Source of the DNA: Asterias rubens
Taxonomy: Eukaryota
Length of the DNA stretch: 64,000 bases
Assembly (NCBI RefSeq): GCF_902459465.1
Contig: NC_047079.1
Coordinates: forward strand, 11,532,001-11,596,000
Reading direction: 5' to 3'
The translations under genes were made by a program, and so were the position numbers. The stretch's first letter is position 1; every line of letters starts with the position of its first letter. This document shows, in pieces, positions 22,301-34,100 of the stretch. The notes under the pieces are model-generated. The model had not been told where the DNA came from, searched no databases, and saw only the letters and a list, made by a program, of their open reading frames with translations.

Positions 22301-24798
22301 CTTGCCGTGATTGAGTTTGTCTCCGTGTTCGTCCTGGATCGTATGAAAGATCTTATCCTTGACCTTTGGAGCTCGTCTGACCCTTGGGTTGTGTAAACCA
22401 TCCCCTGTAATCTCATTGCTGCGGAGCTCATGCCAGACTGTGTAGCGGTAACGGTTGCTCGGAAGCTTTGTTTGAGGAAAACAAAAATGTTAAAAAACAT
22501 CCTTAGACTTCTTCTTTTTTCAATAAAGAAGTTTGCCTTTAAATTTTCTCAACACAACACTTACACATTATTTGGGGATTAAGTCACATTTAAAGGCAGT
22601 GGACACTATTGGTAATTACTCAAAATAATAATTAGCATAAAACCTTACTTGGTAACGAGTAATGGGGATAGGTTGGTGGTATAAAACATTGTTAGAAACG
22701 GCTCCCTCTGAAGTGCCATAGTTTTTGAGAAAGAAGTAATTTTTTACGAATTTGATTTTGAGACCTGAGATTTAGAACTTGCGGTCTCGAAATCAACCAT
22801 CTAAACGCACACAGCTTTGTGTGACACGGGTGTTTTTGTCTTTCATTATTATCTCGCAAGTTCGATGGCCGATTGAGCTCAAATTTTCACAGGTTTGTTA
22901 TTTAATACATATGTTGAGATACATCAACTGTGAAGGCTAGTCTTTGACAATTACCAATAGTGTCCACTGCCTTTGACCAAAATTACCAACCCCAGAGTAT
23001 GGCCCTGCATTACTAGAAGTAGCCCTGTATTATGTGTAATGCAACCTTTTTCTACGAATTTCAATCAACATTTTTAGAAATGACTGAAGATTGAAGCTCA
23101 AAGTCGATTTCCCAAACTTGTTTTAATCACAGTTTGAACTTTAAGGTCATGTGCTGTGGCACTTGTAACCAGTACATATTAATTATAAAGAGGGCCAAAA
23201 ACACAGTCTGAAAATTGGGTCGAAATGATTGGTGAGGAACACTATAGGATTATCAACAATAGGTGTGAACTTATTTTTGGATAACTTTCCGTATGGCACC
23301 ACCACTTTTTCACTCATTTTTACAAAAAGGGATTTCTCATTGAAGGCAAATTAGATACTATATTATTTTATATTGAATGAAAAAGTTGTGGCGCCATACA
23401 GAAACATTTCCTTATTTTTCTTTAGTGAAAATAAAACACAAAGTCTTTCAGAATTTAGAGGGGGAGGGGTGGGTCATAATTACCTTGGGTAGTTTAACTG
23501 GTTGCTGAGTTGGATCTCTGTGTGTGCTGATAGTGATGATAGGTATGGTACCAGTGATTGCAATGTTAGCAACGCTGCTACTGTTTACCGATGTCCTATT
23601 ATTAATGCATGATAGAAACATAAGTAATACGTTTATTAAACAATTATCAATAATTATGAGGAAAACTAAGAACAACAAAAATGAGGGGAAATGTCCTAAT
23701 CTGACCGCCACTTTATCAGAGTGGGTTTGCTTAGGCATAGCCAAGAAGCAAACCCACTCTGCTAATGGCACATGTGACCCTGAACAAGGCATTTAACCAT
23801 AATTTCTTCACTTAACCCAGGTGTATTATGGGAATCTGAGAGGGCTGATGAGACATATTCTTAAGCTTGAGCTGTGAAGAGGTTGTCTTTTTTGGAATAT
23901 TTATCATCTATAATTGAAGATCATTTCAAACTAGACATGCTATAGCAAAAAACAAAAATGTATTTCTAAGACTATGATCTGCGCGACAAATTATGCAATG
24001 TTTCGTTTCCTACTTAATTCATTAATCTAATGAGGAAGTTGGGAGAAGTGGTGAGGGGTCCTACTAAAAGCCGACAACTCGCCGACAACGCCGACAACAA
24101 GTCCAGAGCGCCGACAACTCGCCGCCAACAAGTTTTAATTACCTCGAAAATTGCCAATATACCATAGATGTATTAGAACTATATGTGTCCTGTAATATAA
24201 ACATAAATTTAATGGAAAAAAATTCACGAAAAGTGTGAATTTTTAACCAGAAAAAAAACTGAACGTTCACGGAAAACGGTCGGACGCCATCTTGGCTTAA
24301 AATCGTGTTCGGACCAGTCCATTATGATGCGGGTGAGTCAGACTTAGCAATAGAGGGCGGGCGTCATGCACTGTGCACACTGCAGTGAAGGTCTTCACAT
24401 GAAGCCCGCTCTCTGTTGTTGCAAGTGCTAAATCTACCCGTATCATAATGGTCTGGTCCAAACACGGTTTTTAAGCCAAGATGGCGTCCGACCGCTTTTC
24501 GTGCAAGTGAAGTTTTTTTCTGGTTAAAAATTCACACTTTTTGTGAAGTTTTTCCATTAACTTTATGTTTATATTACAGAACACATATAGTTCTAATACA
24601 TCTATGGTTTATTGGCCATTTTTGAGGTAATTAAAACTTGTTGGCGGCGAGTTGTCGGCGCTCTGGACTTGTTGTCGGCGTTGTCGGCGAGTTGTCGGCT
24701 TTTAGTAGGACCGGTGCTGAGTGTTTACTAACTCCAGCACTATCCGCTGGGAAAAAAAGTAATACAACGAAGTTTTGTTTTTACCCTTCTTCACTCAT
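19389..24798 (-). CDS. Uncharacterised LRR protein with LRRcap (U2A'/SDS22-like) and C-terminal CaaX, 240 aa. Exons 24785-24798, 23484-23526, 22244-22465, 21321-21463, 21124-21169, 19758-19909, 19389-19491
   Basis: In-phase GT-AG splicing (723 nt). LRRs LLNLNNNYLKSF and ILNLSDNSIKTL, LRRcap DLRRNPVCFTEHYRQRVFQILPDLRELDG, ending AGCVIS*. Confidence 0.8.
21537..21835 (+). mobile_element. tRNA-derived SINE with Deu-like domain (internally deleted)
   Basis: A/B boxes, then GAAAAGAGAAGGGTTTCGCCCCGGTGTTCCTGGC, and a (TAT)n tail. Confidence 0.75.
21940..22205 (-). mobile_element. 5'-truncated Deu-like SINE, inverted relative to 21537-21835
   Basis: Reverse complement contains GTGAAAGAACCCAGTGCACTTATCGAAAAGGGAAGGGGTTCGCCCCG. 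Confidence 0.7.
22590..22975. mobile_element. Kolobok-like family 1 MITE
   Basis: TTAAAGGCAGTGGACACTATTGGTAATT...AATTACCAATAGTGTCCACTGCCTTTGA. Confidence 0.75.
24057..24712. mobile_element. Foldback-type palindromic DNA element (about 650 bp) in intron 1 of the LRR gene
   Basis: GGTCCTACTAAAAGCCGACAAC...GTTGTCGGCTTTTAGTAGGACC. Arms of about 300 bp are reverse-complementary and carry repeated CGCCGACAA subterminal motifs. Confidence 0.85.
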
Positions 24799-25144
24799 TT
24801 TTGCTGCAATTGATCGTCAGACTTCTGAAGAGAACGAAGAGATTAGTTCACAAAGGTTCCACCCCAAATCTCAATGATTCAGCTTCTATCAATCATAGTC
24901 AAATTCACATTTTAAGTTAAAAACCCATGACAAAGTCAGAAACAAGTGCCTATCACTTATCCATGCAAATTAGCCAATACGTCATCATCGTCATGACAAA
25001 TGAAGCTTTAACAGCGCCCTCAATTGTTGCAGGGCGGTTAGGGAAATATACCGGTAGTTGACCTTTGACCGATCACCGCACGTGTATTACATCAGTTTCT
25101 CGCTCCGCTGGAAAGAAGATTTTTGTGGCAAACTTTCTTTTAAA
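24799..25144. promoter_or_regulatory. Bidirectional promoter between the LRR gene and ATAD3A
   Basis: 346 nt between divergent ATGs. Octamer ATGCAAAT at 24963-24970, CCAAT at 24974-24978 and an adjacent ACGTCA CRE half-site. Confidence 0.6.
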
Positions 25145-28100
25145 ATGTCGTGGCTTTTTGGTGTAGGAAAACCTCCACCGCCTCAAGAGGCGCCTCAGTT
25201 CCCCACCCTACCAGAGGGACTATTTCCAGGGGGCACAGGAGGAGGTGACGGGGGTAAAAAAGACGATGGAGATGGAAGTGGCGAAAAGTCCGGCGTGGCA
25301 GGGAGCTGGAGCAACTTCGACCCTACCGGGCTGGAGCGCGCAGCCAAGGCGGCAAAGGATCTCGACAAATCCCGTAAGTTTCGGTCTTTTTTTAGATCGC
25401 CTTTTCACCAATAAAAAGCAATATAAAATACCGTCTAGGTGTACTTATTAAAATTGTTCATGGCACTTTTCAAATTTAAAACAATATATTAACTTTAATA
25501 AGTATTATTATTTAATTTATATTTTTTTAAATTTCCGTATCATTATGAATCTAATTTTAGGAAAAGTTTCCGCATGGCGCCACAACTTTTTCATTCGACA
25601 TGAAATAATATAGTTACTCATTGAGTCAATGAGATATCCCTTTTTGTAAAAAATAGTGAAAAAGTGTTGGCGCCATACAGAAAGTTATCCCTAATTTACT
25701 CCAAAATGAGATGTTCCTTTTAGTAAAAAATGAGACAAAAATGGTGGCAGGATACGGAAACCTTTTCTGTGGTTTATCACATCACTTGATAATAGCATGA
25801 ACTAGGAAATGTTATTTAGGACGACCAGTTATTTAAAACTCGAGCCACCACGTGTATTTTTCATTTTACTTTCAGCCAATGCAAAAGGAGCTCTTGATTT
25901 GGCCAAAATGCAGGAAGGGACAAAACAACAAGAACAAGTAGCCAAGATTAAAGTAAGATATTGTCAATGTAGTGAGCATTTCCCACATTACTAACTTTGG
26001 CCTTAATTTTTGTAAATAAAAACTCTATTTCCCTGCTTTTATATAAACGTTGTCTTCACCATACAATTTTATTTTCTGTTATTGTAAATTTTGAGTCATC
26101 CAAAAATTTATTGAGTTGTCTTGCAAGGCCAGACCAATCCATTAGGGTTATTTAACCCTAAAAAAAACAGTATTTGAAAGTTCAAAACTGTAAAGTTATA
26201 TTTCTGTCAATTTGTTTTATCTCAAAGGAATATGAAGGTGCTCTGGAACAACTGAAGATTGACCAAACCAGGGTTCAGCAAGAAGAAAGACGCAAGACGC
26301 TTGGCCACGAGACCCAGGAACATCAAAAGAGGGCGCAATACCAAGACCAGTTGGCGCGCAAACGATACGATGATCAGCTCTCTCAGCAGGTGAAGTTTAG
26401 GAAGTTGATCCCAACTGCCATTCCAGTTTCCCAAATATTCTTGGTGTTAAATTATTCGCAGAAAAAAGCGCCCTCAAGGATGTCTAGACCTGAGCCGTCT
26501 GGATGACCAGGGCCCAATGTCATGGCTCTGCTTTCCGCCAAATTCTGCGCTTACGATCACCATTCTGCGCTTACGTGGCAACCGCTGACTTTCTGCGCTT
26601 GCCTTGTAAGCATAGAATGCCTAGTAACGTGGAGTACGCACGTGCAGAAGCCAAAATTCCCTGCTAACCCATGAAATATGCTTGGCGTAAGCATGGAATT
26701 CTCTGCTTCCCAACTTGGTATGTTAAGCAGAGCCATGAAATTGGGCCCTGACTGATCTGACCTAACAGGTCTGACAGATTGCAGCGTGTTTTTGAAGAGG
26801 TTTTAAGATTCATACATCATCACGTCAGTCAGCTGCACAGCAGGCAGGCATGAGCTTTTCCCATTCTATCCTGTCTTGTGCTCATCTCCAAATCTCCAGA
26901 AGGAAGAGCTGAACATCCTGTGACACTAATATTGCGATGTACTCTGCGTATAGTGTATTTCATTCGTGCAACAAGCTAATATTGTTATCGCTTGATCTTT
27001 CAGAGACGAATGAATGAAGAGAATCTTGCACGGCAGGAAGACTCTGTGAAGAAACAAGAGTCCATGAGACGATGTAAGTTTAACCCTCTCACTATTAGTG
27101 TGTTTCTGATCACAACCAACCCATACCACACAATACCACAATAGTTTAACCCTCTCACTATTAGTGTGTTTCTCATCACAACCAACCCATACTACACAAT
27201 ACCACAACAGTTTAACCCTCTCACTATTAGTGTGTTTCTCATCACAACCAACCCATACTACACAATACCACAACAGTTTAACCCTCTCACTATTAGTGTG
27301 TTTCTCATCACAACCAACCCATAATACACAATACCACAACAGTTTAACCCTCTCACTATTAGTGTGTTTCTCATCACAACCAACCCATAATACACAATAC
27401 CACAACAGTTTAACCCTCTCACTATTAGTGTGTTTCTCATCACAACCAACCCATATCACACAATACAACAACAGTTTAACCCTCTCACTATTAGTGTGTT
27501 TCTCATCACAACCAACCCATACCACATAATGCCACAGCAGCCTACACATGCTGATGTAGAGAGTAGGGTCATACCCCAAAGGGGCTTCAACGAGACTGGT
27601 AAACTGAAGAAGCCACCAGCTGTGCTCAATTGCAATGGACTTTGGGTCACTGTTGGGAGAGATAATGTTCTCGACATTGGTAAATTTCTTTTGTGGCAAT
27701 ATGTGGCACTGATCAACCATAAACAAATACAGGAAAATGTTGCATGGGTTACTTTGCCATTGTGTGCATCTAGGGTGTGGGAGATTTGGAGGCACCTTTG
27801 AGTATGCGCCTATAACAGGGGGAATACTGATGCAGTGACATTATTTTGTCCAACAATATTTGACAAATTTCATTGAAAACCCACCACTTTGTTTGGATGA
27901 AAACCATCTAATACTATTATTGTTTTATTTCTCTCCACAAGTTCAATCAAATTACACTCAAAAGAGATATATGGAGAAGGCAAAACTGAGGAAGAAATAA
28001 ATTTTCCTATAACCTTAAGGCTCAGTCTGCCGGTAATCATTATAATCTGTGTTGTTTGTTTCCATAGCAACCATAGAATACGAAGCAGAGCTGAGACACA

Positions 28101-31100
28101 AGAACGACATGAAGAGGGTGGAGGCGGAGCTTCGAGGGAAAGCGAAGGTTGAGAGAGAGAATAAAGATATACGCAACGAGCAGATCAAGCTGCAAGCTGC
28201 CGAGCATCGGGAGACGGTGTTGCAATCCATCAAGTAAGAATCAGCAATCTACTCCTTCATTCTGACGTTTGGTGTAAAGTGTGTGATTCTGTGGGCTGTT
28301 AGGGAAGAATATAATAATAATAATATCAAAAGTCTTATATGGCGCTCGTATCTACTAACAAGGTACTCAAGGCGCTTAGTATAAATTTAGACAGAAATGA
28401 AAGAGAGGTTATTGAAAGTTATGAATTCTGGGACCCAATTATATAGCACCTTATAAGGGTTTATAAGGTGCCTCGGCGCATTTAGCAGCCACAGCCAGGA
28501 ACACCGGGGCGAACCCCTTCTCTTTTCGATAAGTGCACTGGGTTCTTTTACATGCTGTACACAACACATGGAACCAACGGTTTTACGTCCCATCTGAAGT
28601 CGTCCCATCTGAAGGACGAAGCAATGGTTAAGTTTCTTGGTTAAGGACACAAGTGTCACGGCTGGGGATTCAAACCCACTCACTGCTGATCAGAAACACC
28701 AGAGTTTGAATTCGGTGCTCTTACCTGCTCGGCCACGACACTCCCACACGACCCAGCTCTTTCCACTTAGTCCTAATGCTGGAAGTCGGCAACATCCAAA
28801 CTCCTCTGCTCCTTGATGTTTGTCAATTCTCACCTTTTCCGTTGTCTTCCTCTTTTCTCAGAACTGCCGGCAGTATTATTGGAGATGGTCTGAAGAGTTT
28901 TATATCAGACTGGGATAAAGTTACTGCCACGGTGAGATAAATATTTCAATCCTTAAAGACACTGAACACTATTGGTAATTGTCAAAGACCAGTCTTCTCA
29001 CTTGGTGTATCTCAACATATACATAAAATAACAAACCTGTGAAAATTTGAGCTTGATTGGACGTCTGAGTTGCGAGATAACTATGAAAGAAGAAAAAAAA
29101 AACATGTCACACGAAGTTGTGTGCTTTCAGATGCTTGATTTCGAGACCTCACTTTCTAAACTTGTTCTTCTCCTTTTAGGCTGCCGGGCTAACCCTCGTC
29201 GCCTTAGGGGTCTACTCAGCTAAAATGGGTACAGGGGTCGCAGCGAGGTTTGTCGAGGCTCGTCTAGGCAAGCCTTCTCTAGTCAGAGAAACCTCAAGAC
29301 TGGGGCCGTTGGAAATCTTACGTCATCCGATAAAAACGACAAAGCGACTGATAAATAAACCATTAGACGCACTCAGGGGAGTTGTTCTTAAGGTGAGTTG
29401 TTGGGATGTAGTCATAGATTTATATATAAGAACTACATGGCGCACTGGCCTATATACGCGCTCCGGCATGCGCGCAGGCGGCCATTTTCTAAGTTGACAA
29501 AACTGGCATCTCACAGCGTGTGTTTGTGCAGCCATTTTGTAAGTTGAACAAACAGCATCGCGTGAGCGTTAAATAAAAAAAAACTCAAACATGTATTTCA
29601 TATTCAACGCGCGTGCAGAATGACGCGCTTGTCATCTTGCGGACCCGTGGCGTTTGTGCATGAAGCATCTCTTGTGCGCCCTCTAGTTCTTATATATATT
29701 TATATATATTTATTGACCAAACCAACAGCGGACGAAATATTCATATAGCCTATATAAAAAACAATCTGATATGTACAAAGTTAACAATTAAAATAGAATC
29801 ATCTTAGGAAAGAAAATTAAAGCATACATTGAAGATTAAGTAAAATAAAATAGGGAACAGAAACAGACCACCATGAACGACTGTGAAAATATATTTAAAA
29901 TAAATTTTAAAAGCAAAAGCCTACATATAACTCTATGGATGTAGTTTGAAACAGTGAATAAGAACAAGTCAACCCGAATACCAAGTTGGACTGTAAAGAG
30001 TTCCCAAGGTGGTTGGAGAACTTGGCACCGTTTCCAAAGCACTGAGGAAACATCTACATGACAAATGTGAGGGTAGACCTGTTACGGAAGGCGGCATTTG
30101 TGGAAACAGCAAGGATCCTGAGTAAAAAGCCTATTAAAAAAAGGCAAAGGGATGTATCCTAATGTGAGGAGTTATCAGCATTTAAGAAAATGTGATCTTT
30201 CTTTTGCATGCTGTGACAAAAATGATAATAATAACAACCAGTTTTTATATAGCATTTATTATTACAACGTGGAAGTGTCATGGCCGAGCTGTTAAGAGCA
30301 CCGAATTCAAACTCTGGTGTTTCTGATCAGCAGAGTGTGGGTTCGAATCCCCAGCCGTGACACTTGTGTCCTTAAGCAAGACACTTTACCATTGCTTTGT
30401 CCTTCGGATGGGACGTAAAGCCGTTGGTCCCATGTGTTGTGTAACGCATGTAAAAGAACCCAGTGCACTTATCGAAAAGAGATGGTGTTACGCCCCGGTG
30501 TTCCTGGTTGTGGCTGCTTAATGCGATGTAGCACCTTGTAAACCCTTATAAAGGCTACATAATTGGGTCTCAGAATCCATCACTGCAATAACCTATCTTT
30601 CTGAAAGTTTGTATATACTCAGCGCCTTGAGTACTGTGTTTGGTAGATACGTGCGCTATATAAGACATCGATATTATTTGATATTATCGATATTATCTCT
30701 TGATGTCTCAAATGGCTTCTTATTATTTTTTAGATTGTTTGTATTGGCTTACCTTTAGCATAGATGTGTAAAGGGCTAGAGTGTCTTGTTAGGTGGATTT
30801 TTGGGCTGTATAAATAGTAAATAATGTTTATTGCCATTATGATTTTACAATATTTGATAATTTAAGTGACTGTATTCTATTTAACAAGTTGGATGACTTC
30901 GCTCCTTTTGATTGATTGTTTTGCAGCCAAGTTTAGAAGAGAGACTAAGAGAGATCGCCATAGCAACGAGGAATACAAAAGCTAACAAAGGTTTATATAG
31001 AAACATTCTAATGTACGGTCCGCCAGGTACTGGGAAGACGTTATTTGCTAAGGTGAGTTGCAAGCGTATTTCACGGGTTAGCGGCGAATTTTGGCTTCTG

Positions 31101-34100
31101 CGCGTGCGTACTCCCCGTTACTAGGCATTCTAGGCTTACAAGGCTAGCGCAAAAATTTGGCGCTTGCACGTAAGCGGGGAATTGTGATGGTAAGCGCAGA
31201 ATTCGGCGGTAAGCAGAGCCATGAAATTGGGCCCAGTTCTTTTCAGAACATCTGTACAATGTGTTACCAGAAACCTTGCTAGATTTGGTCCCTCAAATAT
31301 TCAAACTGGTGTCATTGTTTTTCTTTTCCTTACTTTCTTTGTGATCTTATAAGTGTTTATTACTTCTTCATGTGTGTCTACTTGTTTGTTTGTTGACAGA
31401 AACTTGCCCTACACTCAGGCATGGACTTTGCCATTATGACAGGCGGGGATGTAGCCCCGATGGGCAAAGAGGGGGTCAGCGCTATGCATAAGCTATTTGA
31501 TTGGGCATCTACAAGTAGGCGAGGGTGAGTATTAACTGGAACACCCCTTGGATGGCAATAATGGAAGTGGCTCAATTGCAAAGCAACATCATACGGGAAC
31601 TAGGGGCCGTGTCCGAAACGGCGACTTCGGCTACAGCTACGGCTAGATCGCGCGCGTCTGCTATTCTTCAACACTGGTAGACGCGCTGATCTAGACGTAG
31701 CTGTAGCCGAAGTCGTCGTTTCGGACACGGCCTAGTTATCTGTTTTTTTGGAGAAGGAAAAATATTTATTTTTTTGTTCAAGAATGTTGCCGAATCTTTC
31801 AGAAATAAAAAGCACATTACCACACCGTGGCTGAGTGGGGTAGAGCATCCAACTCAAGTTCCGATGGTGTGAGTCATCAGAGTGTAGGTTCGAATCCCGG
31901 TTGTGACACTTGTGGTTTGGGGCAGAAACTTAACTATAACTTATTCTCCTCTCCCAGGATAAAATGGGTACCTGTGAGGGTAGAGATTGTTTAGGTGAAT
32001 GATTAGCAATCTGTGTGCCAACTTGGCTGCTGGTGCCAACTTGACTGCTGGTGCTGCCTACTCCAAAGGAGTTGAGATGGTTCTGGAATGCTTGAGACGC
32101 AATGAACAGGGGTAGTATTATAGTGTCAGGCATTTCTACTCAATGATTAAATGCGCCTGATAATTGTCTACATTGTTATCAATAATATTCAAAATGGAAG
32201 CTGCTAAATAATTGAAAGTGATTTCTGATTTGTTTTTTCAACTATCTCCAGAGTTCTACTGTTTGTTGATGAAGCAGACGCTTTCTTAAGAAAACGAAGT
32301 ACCGTAAGTATCTTTTCATTGTTCTTAGAAGGTTATTCAACCATTCATTTTTTGAAGTTTAATTTAACTGTTACATTTTTAGGCAAGTTTAGAGGGTACT
32401 AAACATATATAGACAAATTCAGAAATGACACTCTTCAAACAGAAACTGAAAGCACTTGTTCACACTTTGTAAGTGAAAATTACAAATGCGGTGTTATTAT
32501 TTTTGAATATTGGTTTAGTTTGTATTGATTAGCACAAGGAACTTTTTTTGTTTACTGTTTCCAATAGGAGCTAATCAGTGAGGATGTGAGGAGTACGTTG
32601 AACGCTTTCCTTTACAGAACTGGAGAACAGTCAAACAAGTAAGTCATAAAAATCTCGAATAAGTCATTTACTAGGATCCTTCCTTGGATTTTTTGTGCCT
32701 TGAACTATTATACTCCTTTATTTCCTGACTTCAGATCGACCAATATATTTTGTTATACAATAATTCAGTTATTCATTTTGGGTTTTTCCCCCCAAATAAA
32801 CCGATGTGTGTTACTGCTCTAGAATATGAAAGTATGACACTACTCTAGAATTGCAAAGGTCGTGGGTTCGAATCCCACCTGAGTAATATGCCTGTGATTT
32901 TGTTCACAGAGCTTAGGAAAGCACTGAGAGTACAGTGCTAACACACATCGGTGTGTATGGGTAAAACCCAATTAACATTCTTTATCCTGATGCAAATTTC
33001 CCTTTATTAAAGCCATTGGACACTTTTTTTAAACAGTATTGTCCAAAGGCCCACACTTCGTGTGTCACAACTGATATAAAAAATAACAAACCTGTGAAAA
33101 TTTAGGCTCAATCGGTCATCGGAGTCGGGAGAAAATAACGGGGAAAACCCACCCGTGTTTCCACATGTTTCGCCGTGTCATGACATGTAAATAAATCCGT
33201 AGTTCTCGACAACGAGAATTGATAATTGTTTTAATGTTTTCTCAAAAAGTAAAGCATTTCATGGAATAATATTTCAAGAGAAGTCTTTCACCATTACCTT
33301 CTGTAAACCCTGTAAGTTATTTGTAAATCTGTGGAATCTTTTTTTGGGGGGGGTGCCGAAAGTGTACAATGGCTTTAAAAGATTTTAATTAGGACTACTT
33401 CATCGTCACTTTTGTCAGGTTTATGCTAGTGCTTGCAAGCAACCAGCCCGAGCAGTTTGATTGGGCGATAAACGATCGTCTCGATGAAATGGTGGGGTTC
33501 AAACTACCCGGATTGGAAGAGAGAGAACGGATGGTACGACTCTACTTCGATAGCTACGTCATCAAACCTGCCACTCAGGGAAAGAGGTAATGTCCAGTTG
33601 TTAGACTGCAGGACTTGCAATCACAAGGTTGTTGGTTCGAATCCCCCAAGCTAACTGCTGATTTCACAATGACTAGAATAAATATTGTCGTCTAGTTACT
33701 GGATCACAATTTCTAGATTTGTGCAATTCATAATCATAGACGTTTAACCAATGTTTGTATGAGAGAGATTGGCTGTTGCCAGCTTTGTGTTTATATCCCC
33801 TTGTGGGAGTTTGCCGAGTTCCCTTGATGGGAACATCGTCTAAACAAACAAAAACAAACCAATGTCTGTTGGACTTCGTTATTTTTTCCCGGTGCTGCAT
33901 ATTCCTAAGGAGTTGAGATGGCCAATGTCAAATAAACTGTATTTGTAAAAGTGAAAGGCCAGGCCGTGTCTTGGGCCCCCAACCCAGTCTGGCAAGAGCC
34001 CCACCCGCCCTCTAGGTCATGCTTCAATAACAGACCGTGTCTTCCGAGCAGGCTCGTGGGGGACTGAGCTCCGCTGGCCCCCACCAGCAGACCACTACAA

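Noticed and set aside
22240-22500. 86-aa Arg-rich ORF suggesting a ribosomal or protamine-like protein as the main product
   Set aside because: Splice phases link the other frame into a coherent LRR protein. It is kept only as a low-interest alternative-frame finding.
23448-23796. Overlapping ORFs of 114 aa (-) and 90 aa (+)
   Set aside because: Only 23484-23526 has exon boundaries that fit the LRR gene. The rest has no motif support.
23845-23885. Possible hammerhead ribozyme core (CTGATGA; others near 40776, 40903, 42535, 62356)
   Set aside because: No properly placed GAAA or stems I-III were found by eye.
28015-28233. Antisense ORFs over ATAD3A, copine, TK2 and espin exons (e.g. 26222, 28015, 38034, 42800, 43224, 56004)
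   Set aside because: Shadow ORFs on the strand opposite real coding exons.
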